From the NCBI GenBank assembly GCA_051961995.1, contig JBQCCR010000040.1, forward strand, positions 14,850-78,849: a DNA stretch of 64,000 bases. The letters are read 5' to 3'. Shown piece after piece: positions 19,409-28,600 of this stretch (position 1 is its first letter; each line of letters opens with the position of its first letter). The position numbers were made by a program, and so were the translations under genes. This DNA comes from Rhodanobacteraceae bacterium. GTDB taxonomy: Bacteria > Pseudomonadota > Gammaproteobacteria > Xanthomonadales > Rhodanobacteraceae. The notes beneath the pieces are model-generated. The model was not told the DNA's origin, searched no databases, and saw only the letters and a program-made list of their open reading frames with translations.

Positions 19409-20215
19409 ATGATAACCGGGGGTGTCGTCCAGCCTGAAACGCGCGCCGCTTCCGGCTCCCCCCAATGCATCGAGATCACGGGAGCGGAAGCACGCGCCTT
19501 CACGCAGGCGCAGTTCGCAGCCGACGTGCGTGCATTGCAAGCCGGACACTGGCAATGGAATGCATGGCTGGACGCGAAAGGCGGCGTGCGCGCGCTGATG
19601 CATCTGGCCGACCTCGGCGACGGCCGCCTGTTCGCGCTGCTGCGCGGCGGCGACGCCGAATCCGTGTGTGCGGCGCTGAGGAGGTACGTGCTGCGCACGA
19701 GAGTTTCCCTCGACGCGTCCGGCGGGTGGCAGCGCGTCGCCGGCTCCCCGCTCCCGTCTGGCGAAGTCGCGATCCAGGAGGATGCGATCGGATTTGGTTA
19801 CGGCGATCACAGCCTTTGGCTGAAACGGAATGGCGTTTCCGCTGATCCGCGTGTAAAGGATCTGCGATTGGCCGACATCCGCAACGGCTGGCCCACCCTG
19901 CCGCCGGGCGATCATGCGTTTCTTCCACCCGCCCTGGGACTGGAGCATCTGGGCGCGGTCGGCTTCGGCAAGGGCTGCTATCCCGGCCAGGAAATTGCCG
20001 CGCGTTTGCACTACCGCGGCGGTCACAAGCTACGCCTGTGTCACGTGCTCGCCGCGGCCCCGTTGACCGCCGGCCAGCCATTGTCACCGGAACAACCGCG
20101 CGCGATCGTCCTGGAGGCGGTCATGACAGAACGCGGTTGCGAAGCGCTTGCTGTGCTGGAAGAGGATGCGGAAGTGTTCCCGGGCCTCGAGATCATCCGA
20201 CGCTTCGAAGCCTGA
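19409..20215 (+). CDS. ygfZ: Folate-binding Fe-S cluster repair / tRNA-modifying protein YgfZ
   Basis: 268 aa with the KGCYPGQEIAARLHYRGGHK signature (KGCYxGQE). Divergent from the sdh operon. Confidence 0.85.
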   Translation: MITGGVVQPETRAASGSPQCIEITGAEARAFTQAQFAADVRALQAGHWQWNAWLDAKGGVRALMHLADLGDGRLFALLRGGDAESVCAALRRYVLRTRVSLDASGGWQRVAGSPLPSGEVAIQEDAIGFGYGDHSLWLKRNGVSADPRVKDLRLADIRNGWPTLPPGDHAFLPPALGLEHLGAVGFGKGCYPGQEIAARLHYRGGHKLRLCHVLAAAPLTAGQPLSPEQPRAIVLEAVMTERGCEALAVLEEDAEVFPGLEIIRRFEA

Positions 20216-20473
20216 CCGCGGTCGAATGCTTGCTGCACTCAAGCTGAACAGCAACTCGGAAAATATTGCACAGTTGCCGTTCGTCCCCTAGCCTTCGCGG
20301 AAATTTTTTCCGCCGGGTTGTCCTTGAACCCGGTTGGCGCGCGATCCGGAGGATCCGCATTGCGCGCAGCGGCAGAGTTTCTGTCGTGAGTTGTACGTTG
20401 GCGCAGTGCTTGCTCCGGTTACGCCCGGCCCATTGCCGGTCATCCGTCCCCGGTAGCGCCGCCAGCATCAAAC

Positions 20474-20490
20474 CAAAAATCCGATTTTTG
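20474..20490. promoter_or_regulatory. AT-rich palindrome CAAAAAT-CCG-ATTTTTG upstream of the SleB-family hydrolase gene
   Basis: Read directly. About 140 nt upstream of ATG 20630, followed by the nested GC hairpin GCGACAGCGGCGAAGCCGCGTCGC. Confidence 0.3.
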
Positions 20491-20629
20491 CGACAGCGGC
20501 GAAGCCGCGTCGCTTGGCAGCCGGTGCCGCGCATGCGCGCGACCGTCTGCGGGTTCGACTGCGAGGTTCGAAGTCCTGCGGCCAGGAAGGCCGCATCCAG
20601 GCGCCAAAGCGCAGCTAAGGAGAAGGCAC

Positions 20630-21061
20630 ATGACAATCGGATGGATACTCGGGTTGACCGCGTTGTTGCCGCAGCCGGTGGCCGACCACACCTGCCTCGC
20701 CACCACGGTATATCTGGAGGCACGCAGCGAACCCGTACGCGGGCAACTGGCGGTGGCGGAAGTCGCACTGCGCCGGCGCGACCTCGGCCGCTACGGTGCG
20801 ACAGTTTGCGACGTGGTCACCGCGCCGCACCAGTTCGCGCTCACCACCACGCCGAAATCCTTCGAGGTCTCCAACCTGGCCGCCTGGAACAAGGCGTGGC
20901 GCATCGCCGGCGAAGCCCTGCATGTTTGGTCACTGCCGCGCGCGCAACGCGATGTGGTGGTGCCGCACGCCGATCATTTCATGCGCGTGGATGCCACCGC
21001 GGACTGGGCCAAGAATCCGCTGGCCACGATTGGGGAACACCGCTTCTACGCAGCGGAATGA
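20630..21061 (+). CDS. Cell wall hydrolase, SleB (Hydrolase_2) family
   Basis: 143 aa. TVYLEARSEP...VAEVALRR...CDVVTAPHQFA matches the SleB-type hydrolase core. AAGGAGAAGG RBS lies upstream of the ATG. Confidence 0.8.
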   Translation: MTIGWILGLTALLPQPVADHTCLATTVYLEARSEPVRGQLAVAEVALRRRDLGRYGATVCDVVTAPHQFALTTTPKSFEVSNLAAWNKAWRIAGEALHVWSLPRAQRDVVVPHADHFMRVDATADWAKNPLATIGEHRFYAAE

Positions 21062-21212
21062 CGGGCGGCTGGCAAGCTGCTGTGCCAGGCCTCAGCCATT
21101 GCACGCGATGCCTTTGTGGCATCGCGTAAGCGCAATGGCTTCGATCCGCGTTTCGCCGTGCGCAACTGCCTTCGCTCGTGGCGCGCGCAAGCCGCCCTTG
21201 CTGTCATTCGAA

Positions 21213-21746
21213 CTAGCGGCCGCGCAGATAAACGTGGTTGTTTTCCACCACCACGTAATCACCGATCCGCACGTTAGGCGGTTCGCGCTGGGTGACTGTC
21301 GCGTAACGGCCGTCATCCAATTGCACCACGATCTGGAACGCATCGCCCTGCCCCGAGTGCGAACCGATCGCGTGGCCGGCAAAGCCGCCGGCCACCGCGC
21401 CGCCGATCGTGGCTGCAGTGCGCCCCCTGCCTTTGCCGACCTGGTTGCCCAGCGCGCCGCCCACCACGGCGCCGATCACGGTGCCAATGGCCGCGTTCTG
21501 CTGGCTGCCGCTGGTATAGACGTCCCGGATATCCTGCACCACGCCGCAATTGTGATAGCAATCCGCAACACGAGGCGGCGGCGGTGGAGGCGGTGGCGGC
21601 GGCGGGTAACCGTAGCCTGGGCTGCTGTAGCGGGTGGTCTGGGCCGGATAAGGTTCGCAGCCGCTCAACATCAGCGCCGCGAAGCCGGCCAGCGCAAACA
21701 TGACGAGCAATTTGCGCACGAATCCAAATTTGCTGCTGTGCTTCAT
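21213..21746 (-). CDS. Glycine-zipper (Rick_17kDa_Anti/SlyB-like) lipoprotein with an 11-residue polyproline tract
   Basis: Lipobox LMLSGC. 11 consecutive Pro codons. Glycine zipper GTVIGAVVGGALGNQVGKGRGRTAATIGGAVAGGFAGHAIG. Confidence 0.7.
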   Translation of the reverse strand: MKHSSKFGFVRKLLVMFALAGFAALMLSGCEPYPAQTTRYSSPGYGYPPPPPPPPPPPRVADCYHNCGVVQDIRDVYTSGSQQNAAIGTVIGAVVGGALGNQVGKGRGRTAATIGGAVAGGFAGHAIGSHSGQGDAFQIVVQLDDGRYATVTQREPPNVRIGDYVVVENNHVYLRGR

Positions 21747-21951
21747 GACATGCTCCTTGTCTGGCGATCATCCATGATCGCGAAAATCAAACAGCGGACA
21801 TCCAGTCCGCACTCCTGATTGCCAATGCAATCACCGCTGATTGCGAAGATCCCGAAGCAGCCCTCCATGGCTGTACTTCAAATTCCAATGCATTCTTCCA
21901 CGGTTGCACTCTTCCATCCGCGGACCTCCCTGTCCGCGATTTTGAAGATGC

Positions 21952-22518
21952 TCAGTCCGGTTGCGGTTGCGTCGCTTGATCATCGGCGATCACCACGCCA
22001 TTGCTGATCTGCACGCGCGTGCCCGGATCGTGGTCAAGGCGCACATGGCGCTGTTCGCCCTGGTACTGGTAGGTCACGTCGTAAGCGATGGTTTTGGAGG
22101 TGTGGCTGGTGACGGTATGGCAGCGATGCTCGACCGTGGTGTAGGTCGGGTTGTTCTCCTGATGTCGCTTCTGGATTTCATGGCCGGCAAAGCCGCCCGC
22201 CACTGCGCCGCCGACCGTGGCCAGATCCTTGCCCTTTCCGCCCCCGATCTGATGACCGACCAGTGCACCGGCGACTGCGCCGATCGCCGTGCCGCCGATC
22301 TGATGCCTGTCCTTGTACTCTTCCCTGTGGACCACGGTCTCATCTCGACAGACTTCATGCGGCGTGCTGGTGGTCTGTTTGACCGGTTCCACGCTCGTCA
22401 CCTGCGCATACTCCGGCCCGTCGTTATTGTTGGCAAAGCCGTAGCGCGCTGCAATCGCCACCGCGGCGATGATGCCGAGCGCGGCGATGGCAACACCGGC
22501 AATCACTGGTTTGTTCAT
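21952..22518 (-). CDS. ycfJ: YcfJ-like glycine-zipper 2TM membrane protein
   Basis: ATG 22518 (MNKPVIAGVAIAALG...). Collinear by eye with E. coli YcfJ (YAQV.S..P.K...TP...C......H.., GAVAG...GHQ.GGG.GKD.ATV.GA..GG.AG..IQ, YTT...RC.TV, YDVTY, DPGT). Confidence 0.75.
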   Translation of the reverse strand: MNKPVIAGVAIAALGIIAAVAIAARYGFANNNDGPEYAQVTSVEPVKQTTSTPHEVCRDETVVHREEYKDRHQIGGTAIGAVAGALVGHQIGGGKGKDLATVGGAVAGGFAGHEIQKRHQENNPTYTTVEHRCHTVTSHTSKTIAYDVTYQYQGEQRHVRLDHDPGTRVQISNGVVIADDQATQPQPD

Positions 22519-22789
22519 GTGATTCCTCCCGTAGTCGCGGCCGAACAGGGCCTGCTTCAATTTTGAAGTGCGGACAACGGAGCTCTCGACCATGGAGCTC
22601 TCGGCGCTGGACGGCTACCTCGGCAGCTCGTCATCCGCTTTCCGATCTTCACGATCATGGACGATCGCAAGATACCGCCGCAAAATGAACCCGCGCGCAA
22701 TTGCGGGCACCGTGTTCACCGTGTGTTCGGAAAGCATAAACACGCGCGCGTCGCAGATGCGTGCATAGTTCACATTGCGGATGTGAGTC

Positions 22790-23566
22790 ATGCAGTTGTT
22801 CGACAGCCATGTTCACCTCGATGCCGCCGAGTTCGACGCCGATCGTGCGCTGGTGCTCGCGGAAGCGAAGCGATGCGGTGTCGCCGAAATGCTGATTCCG
22901 GCCATTTCGGCGGCGGGCTGGGAGCCGCTTCGAGTCTTGTGCGAGAGCGAATCCGGCCTGCATCCGGCGTACGGACTGCATCCGCTGTTCCTGAAGCAGC
23001 ACCGCGACGCCGATCTGGATGCGCTGCGTCGCTGGCTGTCATCACACGCGGCGTGCGCTCTCGGCGAATGCGGGCTGGATTTCAGTGCCGACTCGCCGGA
23101 TCGCGAACGCCAGTTGCACTTCCTGCGCGCGCAATTGCAACTCGCGCGCGAATTCGACCTGCCGCTGATATTGCACGCGCGCGGCGCCTTCGAGCAGGTG
23201 ATCGTGGAGCTGGAAAAGTTCAGTGGCCAATTGCGTGGCGTGGTGCACAGCTTTTCCGGGAGCATGGAACAGGCGAAGCGGTTGTGGAAGATAGGGTTTC
23301 TTCTCGGCATCGGCGGACCGGTGACCTATGCGCGCGCGCAACGGTTGCGCGGGATCGTGGCGGAGATGCCGATCGAATTCCTGCTGCTGGAAACCGATGC
23401 GCCGGATCAGCCGGACGCCTCGCACCGTGGCCAGCGCAACGAGCCGGCGCGGCTGCTCGAAATCCTCCGCTGCGTCGCGCGGTTGCGCGACCAGCCGGAA
23501 GCCGGGATTGCGCAGGCGACCACCGTCAACGCGCACCGGCTGTTTCGCGGCAGCGAGCCGCCATGA
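22790..23566 (+). CDS. TatD family metal-dependent hydrolase
   Basis: 258 aa. The MQLFDSHVHLD start and internal GECGLD, HAR, HSFSG and ETDAP motifs are the TatD signature set. Confidence 0.85.
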   Translation: MQLFDSHVHLDAAEFDADRALVLAEAKRCGVAEMLIPAISAAGWEPLRVLCESESGLHPAYGLHPLFLKQHRDADLDALRRWLSSHAACALGECGLDFSADSPDRERQLHFLRAQLQLAREFDLPLILHARGAFEQVIVELEKFSGQLRGVVHSFSGSMEQAKRLWKIGFLLGIGGPVTYARAQRLRGIVAEMPIEFLLLETDAPDQPDASHRGQRNEPARLLEILRCVARLRDQPEAGIAQATTVNAHRLFRGSEPP

Positions 23567-23614
23567 AGGTTTGCACACGTGTGGATGCGCACCATGCGCC
23601 GACTTGCTAGGCTG

Positions 23615-23634
23615 ATAGTTCAGCGCTGAACTAT
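23615..23634. promoter_or_regulatory. Perfect 20-bp palindrome ATAGTTCAGCGCTGAACTAT, candidate MarR auto-operator
   Basis: Read directly from the sequence. Ends 18 nt upstream of the MarR ATG (23653). MarR regulators typically bind palindromes overlapping their own promoters. Confidence 0.6.
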
Positions 23635-23652
23635 TTGCGACGGCGGACTTTG

Positions 23653-24162
23653 ATGGGCAAGTTGCTCGATCACATGCAGGGCATCGAGGCCGGCGTGGCC
23701 CAGGTCTCGGACCGCATGCCCGCGCTGCCGCAGCAAGACGTAATGCTGGTGCGGCTGCTGCATCTTGCCGCCGAAGGCCTGACCGCACGCTTCCTCGACG
23801 TGCTCAAGCCGCACGGTTTGAACGAGAGCGACTTCCGCGTGCTGATGCAGTTGTACAGCAGCCCCAGCGGCAGCGCCTATCCCAGCGAGCTCTGCGTGTT
23901 TGTTGTGCAGACCCCGACCAACATGACCCGCATCGCCGACGCGCTGGTCCAGCGCAAGCTGGTGACGCGCACGCCTGGCGAGCAGGACCGTCGCCGGATC
24001 GAACTGCGCATTACCCCTGCCGGGCGGCGTTTTGTCGAACGATTGCTGCCGAAACTTTTTCCGCTGCTCACGGCATTTTTTTCCACTCTGGATCAGCGCG
24101 AAAAGCGCACTCTGGAGAAACTGCTGGAGCGGGTAATAGTTTCCGTGGACCAAACCGCGTAG
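23653..24162 (+). CDS. MarR family transcriptional regulator
   Basis: Winged-helix pattern (SDFRVLMQLYSSPSG...PSELCVFVVQTPTNMTRIADALVQRKLVTRTPGEQDRRRIELRITPAGR). ATG 23653 preferred over TTG 23635. Confidence 0.85.
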   Translation: MGKLLDHMQGIEAGVAQVSDRMPALPQQDVMLVRLLHLAAEGLTARFLDVLKPHGLNESDFRVLMQLYSSPSGSAYPSELCVFVVQTPTNMTRIADALVQRKLVTRTPGEQDRRRIELRITPAGRRFVERLLPKLFPLLTAFFSTLDQREKRTLEKLLERVIVSVDQTA

Positions 24163-24208
24163 CGCCGATTTCCCACCCGCCAGGCTGCGGGTGCCCTTCG
24201 CGAGGCGG

Positions 24209-25000
24209 TCAGGACCTGCCCGGTGGCCGGTGCAGCAATTCGTACATCGCCCGCCCCACCGCCGCGCATGCAAACGCCGCGGTGACGTGCATCGCCGCGC
24301 CGAGGCCGGCGCCGCAATCGAGCCGGAAGCCGCCTTCCGCGTCGGTCGGCGGGCGCACGCCGCAGACGCTGCCGTCCGGTTGCGGGTAGCGCACGTTTTC
24401 CAGCGAATACACCGCCGGCACGGCGAAGCTACGCTCGACGTTGCGCGGGAAGCCGTGGTCCTGGCGCAGCTTCTTGCGGATCAGGCTCAGCAGCTTGTCG
24501 TGCTCGGTGTGGGCGAGATCGCGCACCCGCACGCGCGTCGCATCGGTCCGTCCGCCGGCCGAACCGACCACGATCAGCGGCTGCCTCGCACGCCGGCTCG
24601 CGGCCACCAATTCCAGTTTGACCCGGAACGCATCGCAAGCATCGAGGATCAGGTCGTGACGCTCTTCCAGCAGCGCCCCGATCCTTGCCGGCGTCAGGAA
24701 TTCCGTCCGCGCATCCAGGTGCAGATGCGGATTGATCGCGCGGAGACGCTCGCCCAGCACGTCGGTCTTGGCGCGGCCGAATTCGCCTTCCAGCGCGTGC
24801 GACTGACGATTGACGTTGGAGACGCAGACTTCGTCGCCGTCCAGCAAGGTGAGCGTGCCGATGCCGCTGCGCGCCAGCGCCTCCGCCGCCCACGAGCCCA
24901 CGCCACCCAGGCCGATCACCGCCACGCGACCGCGCGCAAGGCGCGCGGCGCTGCCTTGGCCGTAAAGTCGGTCAATGCCGAGGAATCGGGGGTCGGTCAT
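24209..25000 (-). CDS. tcdA: tRNA threonylcarbamoyladenosine dehydratase (ThiF/HesA family, TcdA/CsdL)
   Basis: 263 aa. RLYGQGSAARLARGRVAVIGLGGVGSWAAEALARSGIG.LTLLDGDEVCVSNVNRQ is the TcdA-type E1-like fold. Confidence 0.85.
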   Translation of the reverse strand: MTDPRFLGIDRLYGQGSAARLARGRVAVIGLGGVGSWAAEALARSGIGTLTLLDGDEVCVSNVNRQSHALEGEFGRAKTDVLGERLRAINPHLHLDARTEFLTPARIGALLEERHDLILDACDAFRVKLELVAASRRARQPLIVVGSAGGRTDATRVRVRDLAHTEHDKLLSLIRKKLRQDHGFPRNVERSFAVPAVYSLENVRYPQPDGSVCGVRPPTDAEGGFRLDCGAGLGAAMHVTAAFACAAVGRAMYELLHRPPGRS

Positions 25001-25083
25001 CCGCGAATGATACGGTGCGGTCGCCTTCGTGGTTCGGACTACATGACGGATAATGCGCGTTTCGTCTGCCGAGGAAGTCCACC

Positions 25084-25479
25084 ATGCGCACTTTGTTGCT
25101 TGCCGTCATCGCCGCGGTCGTTGGAGCCTTGATCGCGGCGCAGGTGACCGCTGCATTGCGGCAGCGCGACGCCTACCCACGCGGGGTGATGGACGTGATG
25201 GCGGCGCACGCCGGTACGCTGGACCAGGCGGTTCGCGCGCAGCGGTGCTCCGCCGAAGTGACTTCGCAGAACCTCGCCATGCTGGTCACGATGTCAGGTG
25301 AGATACCGCGCGCGTTTCCCGACCTGATGCAGGACAAGCAGTTCGCCAGATTCGCGCAGGACGCGCATGCGTTCGACCAGCAGGCAGCGGCGAACCCGCC
25401 GCACGACTGCCCTGCCCTGAACAAGGCGATGGCGCAGATCGGCGAACACTGCGATCAGTGCCATCGGATTTATCGGTAA
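25084..25479 (+). CDS. Class II (cytochrome c'-like) c-type cytochrome, exported
   Basis: 131 aa with a signal/anchor helix and helical body. A single CxxCH haem motif lies at the extreme C-terminus (CDQCHRIYR), as in four-helix-bundle class II cytochromes c. Confidence 0.55.
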   Translation: MRTLLLAVIAAVVGALIAAQVTAALRQRDAYPRGVMDVMAAHAGTLDQAVRAQRCSAEVTSQNLAMLVTMSGEIPRAFPDLMQDKQFARFAQDAHAFDQQAAANPPHDCPALNKAMAQIGEHCDQCHRIYR

Positions 25480-25490
25480 CCACTCATCGC

Positions 25491-25640
25491 CGTGATCCCG
25501 CGCGACGGGACGAAAGCCCTGCATTCCGTCATCCCGGCGAAAGCCGGGACCCAGTGACTTTGATGTTGTCGGGAGAGCGCCAAGTCACTGGGTTCCGGGT
25601 TCCGCGCCGGACTTCGTCCGGCGCGGCCCTGGAATGACGA
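25491..25640. repeat. Composite of about three GTCATYCC-type units, two of them head-to-head
   Basis: GTGATCCCGCGCGACGGGAC..., GTCATCCCGGCGAAAGCCGGGACCCAGTGACTT, and an inverted ...AAGTCACTGGGTTCCGG...CCTGGAATGAC. An internal perfect 11-bp inverted repeat CCCAGTGACTT/AAGTCACTGGG is present. Confidence 0.75.
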
Positions 25641-25680
25641 ACATCACGTTTCCTCGACCGAGTCCCGAGTCCCGGCGCTT

Positions 25681-28600
25681 TCAACCCCGCTCGAACATCG
25701 CATCCCGGTCACGTTCGCGCATCTCGCCGCCGCCTGATGCGCCGCCGTCATCGGCCGGCGCATTGGTCGGCACGGTGATCTCCGGCATGCCCTTGGCCTT
25801 CAGCGCCGCATTGGCCTTGGCGAGTTCGTTGTTGCGCAAACCATCGAACTCCTTCGCCGTATCGCCCATCTCGCGCGCGATCGCATCCACGCGGGCGAGC
25901 TGATAGTCGGTCGGCGCACCTTCGTAATTGGCGATCGCTCCGTACACATCGTCCAGATATTCGCGCTCGCGTTCCTCGCCGGTAATCGCACCGCCTTCCT
26001 TGGTCGCGACGATCTCCTTGCGGATGGTGTCGGCCTTGTCAGCCAGCGCGTTCAACTGCTTCGCGAGCGCCGGATCGTCTTTCGCCTGCGCCGCACGCGC
26101 CTTGGCACCGTCTCGCACCGCCATGATCCGGAAGTCCAGGTCGGTCATGCGGCCGAACAGGTCGCTGACCTTCATCGCGGCATCGAACTGCGCCTTGCGG
26201 TCGGCCAGCGTGAACGGATCGCGCGGGTCGAGGCCGATGTTCAACTTCTCCTCGTAGCTCTTGTCGCCCTTGACCAGCTTGATCGTGTACGCCCCCGGCA
26301 CGACGCGCGGGCCTTGCGCGGAATTGAACGCCACCTGCGCGGCCGGCGGCACGCGCGGCGGCTTGACGCGCATGTCCCAGGTCACGCGATTGATGCCGCG
26401 GCGCACGTTGCCGGGAATCGTGTCAATCAACTTGCCGTCGGTGTCATAGATTTCCAGCTTGAGCTTGCCGAACAGGTGGCGGCTCTTCTGGTAATACGTG
26501 ATCACCGCGCCGTCCGGCGGATTCGGACCGCTGAAGGAGGCATCGCCTTCCGGCCAGCCGCCCCAACCCTGGATGCGCTGCACCACCGGCCGCGACGGCA
26601 GGAAGGTGGCATCCGCGTTCAACATCTGCGGTGTCAGGGCGCGCAGCGGCGTGATGTCGTCAATGATCCAGATGCCGCGGCCGTGCGTGGCCACGACCAG
26701 ATCATTGGTGCGCGGATGCACGACCAGATCGCGCACCGGCACGTCCGGGAAATCACTGCCCTTGAACTGCGCCCAGTGCGCGCCGCCATCCGGCGAAATC
26801 CACAGCCCGAATTCGGTGCCGGCGAACAGCAGGTTCGGATCCACCGCGTCCTGCTTGATCACATGCGCGAAGCCCCGGACGCCCTTGTCGTCGTTCGGGC
26901 TCAACAGTGGCGTCCACGACTTGCCGTAATCGGTCGTCTTGTAGATGTACGGCTTCATGTCGCCGAAGGAATGGCGATCGAAGGCCACGAACGCGGTGCC
27001 CGCATCCACCGGACTAGCCTGGATCCACGAGACCCATTCGCCCTTCGGGATGCCACGCACATTGCCGGTCAGATTGGCCCAGTGCGCACCGCCGTCACGG
27101 GTCAACTGGATGTTGCCGTCGTCGGTGCCGACCCAGATCAGCCCCGCCTGCTTCGGCGATTCGCTGATCGAATAGATCGTGTCGTGCATCTCCGCGTAGG
27201 AGTTGTCCACGGTGACACCACCCGACTCCTCCTGCTTCTGCTGCTCCGGATTGTTGGTGGTGAGATCCGGCGAGATGCGATCCCAGGTCTTGCCGTGGTC
27301 GGTGGTCTTGAACAGGAATTGCGCGCCGATGTACATCGTGCCCTTGTCGTTGGGCGACATCGCGATCGGCGTGTTCCAGTTGTAGCGCAGCTTCTCCTTG
27401 TAGCCGGCCTGCGGCTGGATCAGCTGCATCTGGTGCGTGTGGCGGTTGATGCGGCCGACGAAGCCGCCCTGCGATTCCGCATAGATGTAGTTGGAGTCCG
27501 TCGGGTCCTCGAACATCCAGAAGCCGTCGCCGCCGAACATGTTTTCCCAGCGGCCGTTGGTGATGCCGCCCGGGTATTCCGAATCGCCGACCCAGTCGCT
27601 GTTGTCCTGCAGGCCGCCGTAGACGTGGTACGGATCGGAGTTGTCCACGCTCACGTGATAGAACTGCGAGATCGGCAGGTTGTTGGCCTTCCACCATTTG
27701 CTGCCGCCGTCGTGCGAGAACCACAGCCCGCCGTCGTCGCCGGCGATCACGAACCGGGGATCTTCCGGATTGATCCAGTCGTCGTGGTTGTCGCCGTGCA
27801 TGCCGCCGCCGGAATCGCTGAAGCTCTTGCCGCCGTCGGTGCTCTGGATCAGGTTCAAGTCCGGCTTGAACAAGCGGTCCGGATTGGTCGGATCCACGAT
27901 CAGGTTGCCGAAGTAGAACGGGCGCCAGACCATGTTCTGGCTCTTGTCGCGCTCGCTCCAGCTCTTGCCGCCGTCATCGGAGCGGTACAACGCCGAGTCG
28001 GTGGACTCCACCATCGCGTACACGATCTGCGGATTGGAGGGTGCGACCGTCACGGCGATGCGGCCGTAGGGTTTGGTCGGAAAGCCCTTGTTGGCGTCGT
28101 GGGTGATCTCCGTCCAGCTCTTGCCGCCGTCGCTGGACCTGAACAGACCGCTGGCAGAAGGTGCGTCGGGCGACGGACCGCCGGAGCGGAACGTCCAGCC
28201 CTTGCGGCGGAAATCCCACATCGCCGCGAACAGCACGTTCGGATCCTTCGAATCCATGCTGAGGCCCGAGCAGCCGGTGGAAAGGTTCTTGCCCTTCAGC
28301 ACCAGCGTCCACGACTTACCGCCGTCGGTGGTCTTGTACAGCCCGCGATCGGCCGAATCGCTCCACAACTTGCCCGGCACGCAGGCATAAGCGGTATCAC
28401 CGTCCTTCGGATCAATCGCGATCTTCGCGACATGCTCGGAATTGGGCAGACCCAGATACTTCCACGTTTCGCCGCCGTCGGTGGTCTTGTAGACGCCGTT
28501 GCCGATCGAAACCGAATTGCGCATCCAGGATTCGCCGGTGCCGACCCACACGGTGTCGTGATGGTTCGGATCGATCGCGATTGCGCCGATGGACATCACC

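Noticed and set aside
20551-20584. tRNA-like string GGTTCGACTGCGAGGTTCGAAGTCCTGCGGCCA (T-loop-like GGTTCGAA, ending in GCCA).
   Set aside because: The five nucleotides either side of the putative T-loop cannot pair (CGAGG versus TCCTG). No acceptor stem or anticodon arm could be drawn.
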